Under the pieces are notes generated by a model. That model searched no databases and was not told where the DNA came from. It saw only the letters and a program-made list of their open reading frames with translations. Of a stretch of DNA of 64,000 nucleotides, positions 47,311 to 58,453 are shown one piece after another; within the stretch, counting starts at the first letter, position 1, and the number at the start of each line of letters is the position of its first letter. The stretch comes from Polyangiaceae bacterium (GTDB taxonomy: Bacteria; Myxococcota_A; Polyangia; Polyangiales; Polyangiaceae), in contig JAPSGB010000008.1 of NCBI GenBank assembly GCA_035063585.1, forward strand, positions 192,001 through 256,000. Reading direction: 5' to 3'. A program made the position numbers and the translations under genes.

Positions 47311-50300
47311 TCACCGTGAGGGAGCGCCGTAGCCGCCTCCGCCAGGCGTCTCGATGCGCAGGCGCGCTCCGGCGGGTGCGTCGAGGGTGAGCTTGCCGTC
47401 GAGCTCGCGTCCGTCGAGCTGGTTTACGCCGCGCGCTCCGGCGTCACCGCCGGCGAGCCCGAACGGTGCGCGGGTGCGTCGCTCGGAGACCAGCGAGAGC
47501 TGGAGCGGCGCGAGCAGTTCGAGCTCGCGGACGACCCCGTCGCCTCCTCGGCTCCGCCCGCCGCCGCCGGAGCCGCGCCGCACCGCGAACTCCCACAGGC
47601 GTACCGGGTAGCGGGCCTCGAGCACCTCGGGATCGGTGCTGCGGGTGTTGGTCATGTGCGTCTGAACGGCGGACGCGCCGTCGAAGTCCGGCCCAGCGCC
47701 AGCGCCTCCGGCGATGGTCTCGTAGTAGCCGAAGTCATCGTTACCGAAGGAGAGGTTGTTCATGGTGCCCTGACTCGCCGCGGCGCGCCCGGCGGCACCG
47801 AGGAGGACATCGACTACCCGCTGCGAGGTCTCGACATTGCCGCCCGCGACCGCTCGCTCGGGATCGGGAGCGAGCACGCTCCCGGGCGGGATCACCACGG
47901 TCACGGGCCGGAGGCAACCGCTGTTCAGGGGCATGGGCGCGTCGACGAGCGTGCGCAGGAAATAGATGACCGCGGCCAGGGTGACGGCGCGCGGCGCGTT
48001 CAGGTTCCCCGGGACCTGCGCGCCGGTCCCGGAGAAATCGATGGTCATCCGCTCGCCGCTTACGCGCAAGGTGACGACGATGGGGGTCCCGTCGTCGAGC
48101 GCGTCCTCGAAGTGGTGCTCGCCGTCCGGGAGTCTCGCGATCTCCGCTGCGACGCGCGCGGCGGCGTAGTCCTGCACGTGGCGCATGTAGGCGGAGACGA
48201 CGGGGAGTCCATATTCCTCCACGAGCTCGCTCACGAGGAGGGCCCCGGCGTGATTTGCGGCGATCTGCGCCTCGAGATCGAGCAGGTTCAAGGCGGGATC
48301 GCGCGCGGGGTACGGTCCCGCGCCCAGGCGCGCGAGGAGCCCGCCGCGGTCGAGCCGGCCGCGATGCACGACGCGCAGGTTTCGGAGCACGACGCCCTCC
48401 TCGTCGAGGCGACTCGAGAACGCGGGCATCGAGCCGGGGGTGAGGCCGCCGATGTCCGCGTGATGTCCGCGGCTCGCGGTGAAGAACCGGAGCGTCCCTT
48501 GGCCGTCGTGGATCGGCGTGACGACCGTGACATCCGGCAGGTGCGAGCCTCCGGCGTCGGGAGCGTTGGTGACGAAGACGTCGCCCGGCTCGAGCGCGGG
48601 GTGCGCGCGAACGACCGCGCGCACCGACTCGCCCATCGCGCCGAGGTGCACCGGGATGTGGGGTGCGTTGGCGACCAGCCCGCCCGCCTCGTCGAACAGC
48701 GCGCACGAGAAATCCCGCCGTTCGCGGATGTTGGTGCTCACGCTGGTCCGCTCGAGCAGGTGCCCCATCTGCTCGGCGATCGACATGAAGCGATTCGCCA
48801 TGAGCTCGAGCAGCGTCGGGTCCGGCGCCGCCGCGGAGCGCGACGCGAGCTCGGCTCTTCGGGGAGCTTCGGCGGCCGTCGGGCGGGCGACGAGGATCCC
48901 ATCGGCGCGCACGGTGAGCGCGAAGCCCGGATCGAGCACGATGGTCCCGGTGTCTTCGAGCACGAGCGCCGGCCCCATCCAGCGCGTGCCGGGCACGAGC
49001 GCGTCCCTCGGGATGAGCGGGACCTGCTCGAGCCAGCGCCCGTCCGCGAACAGGCGCGTGAAGCGGAGGGGAAGAGGCTCGTTCATCGGCTCCGCTCGCG
49101 GAGCCGGGCGAGGCTCGGGCGCGCCGAGCGCGCTCCGGCCGAGCACCTCGACGCGGCCGAGCGAGAGCTCGATGAGCTGTCCCGGGCGCGAGGTTCCGAA
49201 GCGCCGGGTGTGCTCGCGGACGAACTCGTCCGCGAGCGCGCCTGCGCTCGCGACGTCGAGCGTGATGACCGTCTCCGTCCCGGCGTACCGGAGGTCCACG
49301 CGCCGCACCGACACCAACTCCTCGTCGGCGAATCCCTCGCGGATGAGTGTCTCCCGCCCCTCGCGCTCGAGCGCTTCGAGGCGTGGCGCGAGCGCGTCGA
49401 GGCGCGACGGAGCGAGCGGCGCGCGGCCGGCGTCGACCTCGCCGCGCCAGGAGTGAGCGGCGAGGCCGATCCCGTAGGCGGAGAGCACGCCGGCGAGCGG
49501 ATGGAACACGACCTGCTCGATCCCGAGCCGCCGCGCGACGGCGCAGGCGTGCTGACCTGCCGCTCCGCCAAAGGCGACCAGCGCGTCGCGCCGGACGTCG
49601 AAGCCGCGCGCGACCGAGACTCGCCGGATCGCCTCAGCCATGGAAGCGGTCGCGATCTCGAAGAAGCCCTCGGCCGCTGTCTCGGCGCAACGCTCGCCAC
49701 CCATGGCGCGCGCGACGTCGGCGAGCGCCGCGCGCGCCCGTTCGACGTCGAGCGGGAGGGGGAAGCGATCGGGGACGAGCCGGCCGAGCACGACGTTCAC
49801 GTCGGTGATGGTGGGTTCGCGCGCGTCGGGGGCGCCGTAGGCGAGCGGACCGGGGCGAGCCCCCGCGCTGTCCGGTCCGACCTGCTGGGCGAGCCCGTCG
49901 AAGCGACAAATCGAGCCGCCGCCCGCAGCGACCGTGTGCACGCTCATCATCGGGGCGCGCACCCGAACCCCGGCGACTTCCGACTCGTAGATCCGCTCGA
50001 AGGAGCGCTCGAAGCGCGAGACGTCGGTGGACGTCCCGCCCATGTCGAAGCCGATCACGCTCGCGAGCTCGAGGCGGCGCGCCAGCTCGGCGATGGCGAC
50101 CACGCCCCCGGCCGGCCCGGACAGGATGGCATCCGGCCCGCGGAAGCGCGCGGCCGTGGTGAGCCCGCCGTTCGACTGCATGACGCGCAGGCGGGAGCCG
50201 GTGAGCTCGCGCTCGAGCTCGCCGAGGTAGTCGCGGACGAGCGGCGTCAGGTAGGCGTCCACGGTCGCGGTGTCGCCGCGCGCGAGCATGCCCATGCCGG

Positions 50301-50880
50301 CGGCGAGCTCGTGGGAGAGGGAGACGTGGCGAAAGCCAGCCTCGCGCGCCAGCGCGCCGAGCTCGCGTTCGAGCTCGCCGTTCGCGTACGCATGGATCAC
50401 CACGATGGCCACGCTCTCGAGTCCGCGCGCCACGAGCTCGGCGAGCGCCGCGCGGGTAGGGGCCGTCTCTGGGCGCGCGATGACGTGCCCTTGCGGATCT
50501 TGCCGCGCGTCGACCTCGAGCACGGCCTCGTAGAGGAGTGGGCGGCGAGCGATGCGGAGCTCGAACAGGTGCGGCCGCGCCTGGGTCCCGATCTCGAGCA
50601 GGTCGCCGAACCCGCGCGTGATGACCAGCGCCGTCCGGCGCCCGGTGCGCTCGAGCAGCGCGTTGGTCGCCACGGTGGTCCCCATGCGGATGTCCGAGGG
50701 AGGGATGGGGTCCTCCGGGCCCAGCTCGAGGAGCCTCCGTATCCCCTCGAGCGGCGCTCGATCGGAGGACGAGACCTTGACCACCTCGAGCGCGCCGGTG
50801 GCGGGGTTCACGCCGATGCAGTCGGTGAAGGTGCCGCCGCGGTCGATGAAGAACTGCCAGCGGCGGTCGCGCGCGCTCAT
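47311..50880 (-). CDS. oplA: 5-oxoprolinase (fused hydantoinase A/B type)
   Basis: [57 protein letters not shown]. Confidence 0.92.
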   Translation of the reverse strand: MSARDRRWQFFIDRGGTFTDCIGVNPATGALEVVKVSSSDRAPLEGIRRLLELGPEDPIPPSDIRMGTTVATNALLERTGRRTALVITRGFGDLLEIGTQARPHLFELRIARRPLLYEAVLEVDARQDPQGHVIARPETAPTRAALAELVARGLESVAIVVIHAYANGELERELGALAREAGFRHVSLSHELAAGMGMLARGDTATVDAYLTPLVRDYLGELERELTGSRLRVMQSNGGLTTAARFRGPDAILSGPAGGVVAIAELARRLELASVIGFDMGGTSTDVSRFERSFERIYESEVAGVRVRAPMMSVHTVAAGGGSICRFDGLAQQVGPDSAGARPGPLAYGAPDAREPTITDVNVVLGRLVPDRFPLPLDVERARAALADVARAMGGERCAETAAEGFFEIATASMAEAIRRVSVARGFDVRRDALVAFGGAAGQHACAVARRLGIEQVVFHPLAGVLSAYGIGLAAHSWRGEVDAGRAPLAPSRLDALAPRLEALEREGRETLIREGFADEELVSVRRVDLRYAGTETVITLDVASAGALADEFVREHTRRFGTSRPGQLIELSLGRVEVLGRSALGAPEPRPAPRAEPMNEPLPLRFTRLFADGRWLEQVPLIPRDALVPGTRWMGPALVLEDTGTIVLDPGFALTVRADGILVARPTAAEAPRRAELASRSAAAPDPTLLELMANRFMSIAEQMGHLLERTSVSTNIRERRDFSCALFDEAGGLVANAPHIPVHLGAMGESVRAVVRAHPALEPGDVFVTNAPDAGGSHLPDVTVVTPIHDGQGTLRFFTASRGHHADIGGLTPGSMPAFSSRLDEEGVVLRNLRVVHRGRLDRGGLLARLGAGPYPARDPALNLLDLEAQIAANHAGALLVSELVEEYGLPVVSAYMRHVQDYAAARVAAEIARLPDGEHHFEDALDDGTPIVVTLRVSGERMTIDFSGTGAQVPGNLNAPRAVTLAAVIYFLRTLVDAPMPLNSGCLRPVTVVIPPGSVLAPDPERAVAGGNVETSQRVVDVLLGAAGRAAASQGTMNNLSFGNDDFGYYETIAGGAGAGPDFDGASAVQTHMTNTRSTDPEVLEARYPVRLWEFAVRRGSGGGGRSRGGDGVVRELELLAPLQLSLVSERRTRAPFGLAGGDAGARGVNQLDGRELDGKLTLDAPAGARLRIETPGGGGYGAPSR

Positions 50881-50886
50881 CCCGCT

Positions 50887-51729
50887 CTAGTGACGCCTGA
50901 GGATGAGGAGGATGACGACGCCGAGCATCGCGGCTAGTAGCACGATGAGCACGACCAGCGGCAGCAGACTCCTCGGCGGCAAGGCGGGCGGAGCGAGCGG
51001 CGCGAGCGGGGCTGGCGTGGGGCTGGGGGGAGGAGGAGGCTCTGGCGCGAGCGGCGCGAGCGCCTGGCGTGCGGGAGGCGCGGTCGGCGGCGAGTACACC
51101 GGCGCCGCTCGTGGCGCGAGCGGCGCGGCCGGCGACGCGCGCACGGGCGCGGGCGGTTGGGCGGCGAGGCCCGCCGCCGCCGCCGTCGCCAGCTCGGTCG
51201 GCGCGTGCGCGACCCGCGTCTTCGCGTCGTCGTCGTCGCCGTACGGCGAGGTGGCCGGCGGAGGCGGAAAGCCACGCGGCGGCAGAGAGCGGCCCTCCGG
51301 GGGAGGTCGCGGCGCGTGCGAAGGCGGCCTCGGTGGCGGAGGCGGTGGCGGGCGGCGCGACGCGCCAGCGGCGGGCGGCGGCTGACGCGAGGCGCTCGGG
51401 TGGGTGTCGAGGCTGGGCGCCGCCGCGACGCGGGTCGCCGCGTCGTCCTCCTCGAAGTAGCTCTCGGTCGCGGCGGCCGGCGCGCTCCGCCCCGTCTGTT
51501 CCATGAACCAGGGTGACTCGATGACGCGGGTCTGAACGCCGTCTTCGGGGAGCGCGTCCTGGAACTCCTCGACCGCCTCGAGCGGCAGCCAATCCTCCGT
51601 GCCTGCTTCGCGGACGTCTGCGTCGGCCGGGACCTTCCCGGCGGCGATGCCGCGCACGAGCAGCTCCGCCGCGACCGGGCCGATCTCCTGCCCTCCGCTC
51701 TGCCTGACGAACCAGCTGGTCATGACCAT
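50887..51729 (-). CDS. GYF_2-domain, Pro-rich, C-terminal TM protein
   Basis: [26 protein letters not shown]; poly-Pro; hydrophobic [20 protein letters not shown] tail. Confidence 0.8.
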   Translation of the reverse strand: MVMTSWFVRQSGGQEIGPVAAELLVRGIAAGKVPADADVREAGTEDWLPLEAVEEFQDALPEDGVQTRVIESPWFMEQTGRSAPAAATESYFEEDDAATRVAAAPSLDTHPSASRQPPPAAGASRRPPPPPPPRPPSHAPRPPPEGRSLPPRGFPPPPATSPYGDDDDAKTRVAHAPTELATAAAAGLAAQPPAPVRASPAAPLAPRAAPVYSPPTAPPARQALAPLAPEPPPPPSPTPAPLAPLAPPALPPRSLLPLVVLIVLLAAMLGVVILLILRRH

Positions 51730-51737
51730 CCGCGAGG

Positions 51738-52835
51738 TCAGCGCGCCGGCCGCTTGCGGAGCAAGAGCTTGCGCGTGATCTCGACCACCTTGTCCGGCAT
51801 CTTGCCATCCTTCTTGGTGAGCTCGGGGGTGAAGAGGTTCGCGCCCGTGGGATCGAGCTCCGCGCCGGGTCGGTTCTTGGTTCCGACCACCCGGAGCGTC
51901 AGGATACCGGCGTTCGGGCCGTGGTCCTCCTTCGCGAGGACCTTCGATGAGGCGTAGAGCGTGTCGCCCGCGACGACGCCGTTCGGATGCGCGCCCTCGT
52001 CGAGCCCGGCGTCCCAGAGCCCGTTTCCGGAAAGATCGCGGCTGGTGAGCGCGAGCACCCATGAGAGCACGAGCCCGCCGTAGACGACCCTGGTCTTCGC
52101 GAAGGAGTTCTCTTTGCAGTAAGCCTCGTCGAAGTGGATGGGGTGCGAGTTCCTACAGAGCTGCGTCATGAGCATGTGCTCGGACTCGCCGACCGTCTTG
52201 CCGACACCGTGCGAGAGCTGATCGCCCACCGCGAAATCCTCGAAGAAGCCCGCGAATCCAGCCGAGCGCGCGGCGGGCTTCAGCTCACCGCGGAGCGCCG
52301 CGGGGAGGCTCGGGACCTCTCCCTCGGGCTGCGTCGCTCGGGGCCAGGCGTTCACGGGGCGAGCTTCGACCATGCCGGCGCGCACCAGCGCCTTGCGATC
52401 GAAGCGACACACCACGTGCCCGCGATCGCTCTCGAGCACGGTGCGGACCTCGACCACGCCGCGATCCCCCTTCGACGACGGCTTCACGTCGAGCACGCGG
52501 CTCGACGCCGTGACGGAGTCCCCCGCGTAGCACGGCTCGGGGAAGCGGACGTCGATGTACGCGAGGTGGGCGATCGCTTGCTCGCTCACGTCATGGACGC
52601 TGAAGCTGAGCCCGAGGTTCAGGAGCAGGAGCGGATGCACCGGCCGATCGTGGAAACCGACCGCGCGCGCGTAGGCGCGGCTCGCGAAGACGGGGGTCGC
52701 ATCCTGGAACGCCGAGGAAAAGAGCGCGATCATCCCGTCGTCGACGGTGACGTCCCACGGATGCGCGTAGACGTCGCCGGGCGTGAAATCACCGAGCTTA
52801 CGCCCGTAACTCGGCCTCGAAAATGCTCTGCTCAT
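51738..52835 (-). CDS. mch: Double hot-dog MaoC-family dehydratase, probable mesaconyl-CoA hydratase
   Basis: Two MaoC repeats (DFTPGD..; FFEDFAVGD..NSHPIHFD); adjacent to mcd and mcl genes. Confidence 0.72.
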   Translation of the reverse strand: MSRAFSRPSYGRKLGDFTPGDVYAHPWDVTVDDGMIALFSSAFQDATPVFASRAYARAVGFHDRPVHPLLLLNLGLSFSVHDVSEQAIAHLAYIDVRFPEPCYAGDSVTASSRVLDVKPSSKGDRGVVEVRTVLESDRGHVVCRFDRKALVRAGMVEARPVNAWPRATQPEGEVPSLPAALRGELKPAARSAGFAGFFEDFAVGDQLSHGVGKTVGESEHMLMTQLCRNSHPIHFDEAYCKENSFAKTRVVYGGLVLSWVLALTSRDLSGNGLWDAGLDEGAHPNGVVAGDTLYASSKVLAKEDHGPNAGILTLRVVGTKNRPGAELDPTGANLFTPELTKKDGKMPDKVVEITRKLLLRKRPAR

Positions 52836-52839
52836 GGCC

Positions 52840-54507
52840 TCACTCGCACGTCTCCAAGAGGCGCCGCGCGATGACGTGCGCCTGGATCTCGTTGGCCCCC
52901 TCGAAGATACTGAGCACGCGGGCGTCGACCAAGAGCCGCGACGCCAGGTACTCCTCGGCGTAGCCGTTGCCGCCGTGGATCTGGACGCAGGCGTCCGCGC
53001 TCTCCCAGGCGGCGCGGGTACCGAGGAGCTTGGCCATGCCGGCCTCGAGATCGCAGCGGCGCCCCGCGTCCTTCGCGCGCGCGGCGAACCAGGTGAGCTG
53101 CCGCGCCGCCATCACCCGCGCGATCATGCGCCCGAGCTTGCGCTGCACGCGCGGGAACTCGAAGATCGGCGCGCCGAACTGGACGCGCTCGCCTGCGTAC
53201 TTCATGGCGGTCTCGAGCGCGGCCTCGGCCACGCCGACACCGCGCGCCGCGGTCTGGATGCGCGCGCTCTCGAAGGTGACCATGAGCTGCTTGAAGCCTT
53301 GACCCTCGGCGCCGCCGAGCAGCGCGCCCGCCGGCACCGGGAAATCGTCGAAGCCTATCTCGAATTCCTTCATGCCTCGGTAGCCGAGCACCTTGATCTC
53401 GGTGCCGGTGATCCCGGGATCCGGGAACCCATCGCGCTCGGGCGCCTCTTCGCTACCGCGCGTCTTCGGTGCGAGAAACATGCTGAGCCCGGCGTAGCCC
53501 GCGTCGTCGGGGTTGGTGCGGGCGAGCAGGGTCATGAGATCGGCGCGGGTCGCGTGGGTGATCCACGTCTTGGCGCCGCTCACGCGCCACGAGCCATCGG
53601 GCTGCCGGTCGGCGCGGGTCTTGATGTGCGCGAGATCGGAGCCGAAATTCGGCTCGGTAAAGACCGCGGTGGAGAGCACCTCGCCGCTCGCGAGCCTCGG
53701 CAACCACTCGCGCTTCTGCTCCTCGGTGCCGCCGCCCAGGATGAGCTCGGCGGCGATCTCGGAGCGGGTGCCGAGCGAGCCGACCCCGATGTAGCCGCGG
53801 CTCAGCTCTTCGGTCACCACGCACATGGCGACCTTGCCGAGACCCTGGCCGCCGTACGCTTCCGGGATGGTGAGGCCGAACACCCCGAGCTCGCTCATCT
53901 TCTCGATGAGCTCCATCGGGATCAGGCGATCGTTACGGTGGATCTGCTGCGCGATGCCGTCGACCTCGCGCTCGGCGAATTTCCGGAACTCGCTCCGGAT
54001 CGCCTGGAGCGTGTCGTCGTCGTAGCCGGGCGCGCCGAAGCTCTCGGCGTCGCGCGCGAGGCGTGCGAGCTCGCAGACCGCCTCGCCCGAGCCGAACCGC
54101 GCGGCGAGCTCCTGGACCTCGGGCCTCCCGAGCGTCGCGGCGACGTCGGCCGGCTCGAGCCCGAGCTCGGAGAGCCCGATCGACTCGCAGGCGCCGAGGT
54201 TCACCCCGCCCGCGAGCTCGCGGACGAGCTCGCCCACGTACGCGCCCGCGATGGCTCGCTCCACGCCGCCGGCCGCGCCGGCCTCGACCAGACGAGCGAG
54301 CCAGGCCACGAGCTGTCGCGCTGCCTCGAGCTCGGTGGCGAGGTAGGCGAGCGCGTGAGCCGCGAGCTGGTGGCGGTCGAGGAGCTTGCTCTTGACCTTG
54401 CCGTTCTCGGTCACCCGCGCGCGGGTGTGGTCGTGGGCGCGGCGATAGAGTGCTTCGAGCGCAGCGATGGCCGGCTCGAGGGCTTCCGGGGAGAGATCGG
54501 TCGTCAC
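52840..54507 (-). CDS. mcd: (2S)-methylsuccinyl-CoA dehydrogenase
   Basis: 555-aa ACAD with N-terminal extension; EELSRGYIGVGSLGTRSEIA, VLGYRGMKEFEI, FESARIQTAAR; SD GGGAGG before GTG. Confidence 0.88.
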   Translation of the reverse strand: MTTDLSPEALEPAIAALEALYRRAHDHTRARVTENGKVKSKLLDRHQLAAHALAYLATELEAARQLVAWLARLVEAGAAGGVERAIAGAYVGELVRELAGGVNLGACESIGLSELGLEPADVAATLGRPEVQELAARFGSGEAVCELARLARDAESFGAPGYDDDTLQAIRSEFRKFAEREVDGIAQQIHRNDRLIPMELIEKMSELGVFGLTIPEAYGGQGLGKVAMCVVTEELSRGYIGVGSLGTRSEIAAELILGGGTEEQKREWLPRLASGEVLSTAVFTEPNFGSDLAHIKTRADRQPDGSWRVSGAKTWITHATRADLMTLLARTNPDDAGYAGLSMFLAPKTRGSEEAPERDGFPDPGITGTEIKVLGYRGMKEFEIGFDDFPVPAGALLGGAEGQGFKQLMVTFESARIQTAARGVGVAEAALETAMKYAGERVQFGAPIFEFPRVQRKLGRMIARVMAARQLTWFAARAKDAGRRCDLEAGMAKLLGTRAAWESADACVQIHGGNGYAEEYLASRLLVDARVLSIFEGANEIQAHVIARRLLETCE

Positions 54508-54566
54508 GGGCTGCCTCCCGTTCGAGGGCAAAGCGCGAGGTTTCCTAGGCTTTTCTGCGCGCCGCG

Positions 54567-55439
54567 TCAACCGGCGGCGGCGAGCGCGTCGGCGAGCGCG
54601 ACCAGCCGCTCGGCTTCCGCCGCGTGGAGGCTCTCGACCAGCTTGCCGTCGAGGACGGCGACGCCGGCGCCGCCCTCGCGCGCGGCCTGGAACGCCGCCA
54701 TCACGCGGCGGGCGTGCTCGATCGCGGCCGGGGCCGGCGAGAAGACCTCGTTGCACGCCGCGACCTGCTTCGGGTGGATGAGCGTCTTGCCGTCGAAGCC
54801 GAGCTCGAGCCCCTGCTGGCAGGCGGCGCGGAAGCCGGCCTCGTCGTCGAGGTCGAGGTGCACCCCGTCGAGGATCGACAGGTGATGGGCGCGCGCGGCG
54901 AGCAGGCAGAGCCCGAGCGAGGTCAGCATGGGCAGCCGCTCGCGAGTGTGGAGCGCGTGGAGATCCTTGGAGAGATCGCTGGTGCCCATGACGAGGCACG
55001 CGACCCGCGGGCTCGCGCTCGCGATCGACTCGACGCGCAGGACGCCGAGCGGGGTCTCCATCATGCACCAGAGCACGGTGTCATGGGCGCCCGCCTCGTC
55101 GAGCGCGCGCGCGGCCAGGGCGACCGTCTCGGGGCGCTCCACCTTGGGCAGGAGCACCGCGTGCGGGCGCGCCGCGCTCGCCGCCGCGAGATCCGCCGCG
55201 CCCCACGGGGTGTCCGCGCCGTTCACGCGGATGATGACCTCCCGCGAGCCGTAGCCGCCCTCGCGGGCGTTCTTGCACACGAGCTCGCGCGCCGCCTCCT
55301 TGGCGTCCGGCGCGGTCGCGTCCTCGAGGTCGAGGATGAGCCCGTCGACGGGGAGCATCTTGGCCTTCTCCTGGGCTCGCGCGTTCGAGCCCGGCATGTA
55401 GAGGACGCTGCGCCTGGGGCGGATCGGGTGCCGGGTCAT
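54567..55439 (-). CDS. mcl2: CitE-family protein, probable (3S)-malyl-CoA thioesterase
   Basis: RSVLYMPGSN..EKA..DLEDA, MMETP, GFDGKTLIHP; EMC context. Confidence 0.75.
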   Translation of the reverse strand: MTRHPIRPRRSVLYMPGSNARAQEKAKMLPVDGLILDLEDATAPDAKEAARELVCKNAREGGYGSREVIIRVNGADTPWGAADLAAASAARPHAVLLPKVERPETVALAARALDEAGAHDTVLWCMMETPLGVLRVESIASASPRVACLVMGTSDLSKDLHALHTRERLPMLTSLGLCLLAARAHHLSILDGVHLDLDDEAGFRAACQQGLELGFDGKTLIHPKQVAACNEVFSPAPAAIEHARRVMAAFQAAREGGAGVAVLDGKLVESLHAAEAERLVALADALAAAG

Positions 55440-55455
55440 GTGGTAGCTATACCGC

Positions 55456-56505
55456 ATGAAGAGCTACCGTGACTTCTATCATCCGCTCGCCGTCGGCGCG
55501 CCCGCGCCGCTCCGGGAGATCCCCGCGCGCCCGAGCCGAATGATCCACTTTTTCGACCCGTCGAACCCGCGCATGGCCGCCAAGGTCCCGAGCCTCGCGG
55601 CGCAGGTCGACATCCTGCTCGGGAACCTCGAGGACGCCATCCCGAGCGACAAGAAGCTCGAGGCACGCGAAGGGATGACGAAGATCGGCGCGGAGACCGA
55701 CTTCGGCGAGACGCAGCTCTGGGTGCGAGTGAACGCGCTCCACAGCCCCTGGTTCCTCGACGACATGACGGCGCTGGTCGGCGCCATCGGACACAAGCTC
55801 GACGTCATCATGCTCCCGAAGGTCGAGGGCCCGTGGGACATCCACTACGTCGACCAACTCCTCGCCCAGCTCGAGGCCAAGCACCAACTGCGGCGCCCCA
55901 TCCTCGTCCACGCGCTCCTCGAGACCGCGAGCGGCGTGAACCACGTCGAAGAGATCGCGCGCTCGAGCCCGCGCATGCAAGGCATGAGCCTCGGGCCCGC
56001 CGATCTCGCGGCCTCGCGCCGCATGAAGACGACCCGCGTCGGCGGCGGGCATCCGGGCTACCTCGTGCGCGCCGATCCCGATCCGCAGCACCCTGACGCG
56101 CCCCGTGCCGGCATGCAGCAAGATCTCTGGCACTATACCCTCGCGCGCATGGTCGACGCCTGCGCCGAGCACGGCATCCTGCCGTTCTACGGGCCGTTCG
56201 GCGACATCGCCGACACGCTCGCCTGCGAGGACCAGTTCCGCAACGCGTTCCTGATGGGCTGCGTCGGCGCGTGGTCGCTCCACCCGAACCAGGTCGCGAT
56301 CGCCAAGCGCGTCTTCAGCCCGCCGCCCGACGAGGTCGCCTGGGCGCGCCGCGTGGTCGACGCCATGGGCGACGGCACCGGCGCCGTCATGCTCGACGGC
56401 AAGATGCAGGACGACGCGACGTACAAGCAGTGTAAGGTGATGCTCGAGCTCGCGCGCCTCATCGCCAGCCGCGATCCCGAGATGAGAGCGGCCTACGGGC
56501 TCTGA
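55456..56505 (+). CDS. mcl: Malyl-CoA/beta-methylmalyl-CoA lyase (Chloroflexus-type)
   Basis: [55 protein letters not shown], ends AYGL. Confidence 0.92.
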   Translation: MKSYRDFYHPLAVGAPAPLREIPARPSRMIHFFDPSNPRMAAKVPSLAAQVDILLGNLEDAIPSDKKLEAREGMTKIGAETDFGETQLWVRVNALHSPWFLDDMTALVGAIGHKLDVIMLPKVEGPWDIHYVDQLLAQLEAKHQLRRPILVHALLETASGVNHVEEIARSSPRMQGMSLGPADLAASRRMKTTRVGGGHPGYLVRADPDPQHPDAPRAGMQQDLWHYTLARMVDACAEHGILPFYGPFGDIADTLACEDQFRNAFLMGCVGAWSLHPNQVAIAKRVFSPPPDEVAWARRVVDAMGDGTGAVMLDGKMQDDATYKQCKVMLELARLIASRDPEMRAAYGL

Positions 56506-56517
56506 GGGGGAGGGAGG

Positions 56518-58374
56518 GTGACGCTCCGGCGGCTCGCGACCGCGCTCAGGAAGAGCGCTCGCGCGACGCCGCTCGAGCTCGGGCTGCTCGGACGCACGCT
56601 GCTCCACGCCGCGCTGGTGGGCGCGGCCTCGGGGCTCATCGGCTCCTTCTTCTTCTGGGCGCTCGGGTTCACCGAGCGGATGGCGCTCGAGCACCTCGCC
56701 GGCTATCGACCGCTCCGCGCGGCCGGCGAGGGGATGCTCATCGACGACGGCAACACGCCGTTCCGGCCCTGGCTGCTCTGGGCGCTGCCGGCCGTCGGGG
56801 CGCTGCTCGGTGGCATCTTGTCGTTCCGCTGGGCGCCCGAGACACAAGGGGGCGGCGCGGACGCCATCATCGCCTCGTTCCATCAGGAAAATGCGACCGT
56901 GCGGCGGCGGGTCTTCGGCATCAAGACCATAGCCTCGGTGCTCACGCTCGGCTTCGGCGGGTCCGGAGGGCGTGAGGGGCCGACCATGCAGATCGGCGGC
57001 GCCATCGGCTCGATGGTGGCGCGGGTGCTCAAGGTGTCGGCGCGCGAGCGGCGGATCTTGCTGGTGGCAGGGCTCGCCGGGAGCATGTCCGCGGTGTTCC
57101 GCGCCCCGCTCGGGGCGGCGCTCCTCGCGGTCGAGGTGATGTACACGAACGACTTCGAGTCGGACGCCCTGGTCCCGAGCGTGCTCGCGAGCGTGGTCGC
57201 GTACTCGGTATTCATCTCGTTCTTCGGTGAATCGACGCTGTTTTCGCATGCCGCGCACTACCCGTTCATCCCGGCGCAGCTGCCGCTCTACGGGCTCCTC
57301 GCGCTCTTCGTGAGCCTCGCCGGGATCTTCTTTCTATGGACGCTGCGCGGCGTAAGACGGCTGACCCTGCGCGTCCCGCTCCCGGGCTGGGCGCGCCCGG
57401 CGCTCGGCGGCCTCGCGCTCGGCGGGCTGGTGGTCCCGCTCCTACTCGTCTTCGGGCCTCGCGTGGGCGGCCCCGGGCAGGGGCTCGGCATCCTCGGTGG
57501 CGGTTACGGCGCCGCGCAGCTCGCCATCTCGGGAGCGTCGTGGCTCGCCGACGGGTGGCACGGCGCGGGGCTCTTGCTCCTGCTCGGCGTGCTCAAGATC
57601 GTCGGGACCTCGCTCACCATCGGCTCGGGCGGCTCCGCTGGCGATTTCGGGCCATCGCTGGTCATCGGCGGACTGCTCGGCGGCGCGTTCGGGCGCGCCG
57701 CCGAGCTCCTCCTCCACGACCCTCGGATCGACCCTGGCGCGTTCGCCATGGTGGGCATGGGGATCTTCTACGGCGGGCTCGCGCACGTGCCGATCGCGTC
57801 GATGGTGATGGTGTGCGAGCTCGCTGGCAGCTACGAGCTCCTGGTGCCGCTCATGCTCGCGGAGGGCGTGGTGTTCGTGCTCCTCCGGCATCGCCGGCTC
57901 TACGAGTCGCAGGTCGACACCAAGCGTGACTCTCCCGCGCACCGCGGGGATCTCGTGTTCGACGTGCTGAAGGAGGTCCGCATCAAGGACGTGATGATCG
58001 CGGGGCGGCCGTTCCGGAGCTTCTATCGACGCACTCCCGCCTCCGAGGTCATCCGGGAGATCGGCGCGAGCGAGTGGCAGGACGCCTTCCCGGTGCACGA
58101 CGCCGACGGGCGGCTGGTCGGCGTGGTGAGCGCCGACGTGCTCCGCGCCCTGAGCGCGGATCCGGAGCTCGCCGCCCTCACCCTCGCCGATGACCTCATG
58201 ACCGCGCCGGTCGCGGCGCGCCTCGACGACGACCTCCACACGGCGCTCGAAGTGCTCCTCGAGCACGGCGTGCGCGAGGTGCTGGTGACCGACGCGACCG
58301 GGAAGATCGTGGGGTTTCTCGACGAGTCGGAGATCACCAACGCCTACCTGGGCGCGACCACGCGGCCCGAATGA
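56518..58374 (+). CDS. ClC family chloride channel/transporter with CBS pair
   Basis: [35 protein letters not shown]-terminal CBS domains. Confidence 0.93.
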   Translation: MTLRRLATALRKSARATPLELGLLGRTLLHAALVGAASGLIGSFFFWALGFTERMALEHLAGYRPLRAAGEGMLIDDGNTPFRPWLLWALPAVGALLGGILSFRWAPETQGGGADAIIASFHQENATVRRRVFGIKTIASVLTLGFGGSGGREGPTMQIGGAIGSMVARVLKVSARERRILLVAGLAGSMSAVFRAPLGAALLAVEVMYTNDFESDALVPSVLASVVAYSVFISFFGESTLFSHAAHYPFIPAQLPLYGLLALFVSLAGIFFLWTLRGVRRLTLRVPLPGWARPALGGLALGGLVVPLLLVFGPRVGGPGQGLGILGGGYGAAQLAISGASWLADGWHGAGLLLLLGVLKIVGTSLTIGSGGSAGDFGPSLVIGGLLGGAFGRAAELLLHDPRIDPGAFAMVGMGIFYGGLAHVPIASMVMVCELAGSYELLVPLMLAEGVVFVLLRHRRLYESQVDTKRDSPAHRGDLVFDVLKEVRIKDVMIAGRPFRSFYRRTPASEVIREIGASEWQDAFPVHDADGRLVGVVSADVLRALSADPELAALTLADDLMTAPVAARLDDDLHTALEVLLEHGVREVLVTDATGKIVGFLDESEITNAYLGATTRPE

Positions 58375-58414
58375 GCCGGCGCGCGCCGCGCGGGCCGGCG
58401 CTTTCGCGGCGCGG

Positions 58415-58442
58415 TTGATTTTGCCGCGACGTGTCATAGGAT
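58415..58442 (+). promoter_or_regulatory. Candidate sigma70 promoter of ccr
   Basis: TTGATT-N16-TAGGAT, 11 nt before ATG 58454. Confidence 0.5.
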
Positions 58443-58453
58443 GCGCGGCCGCG

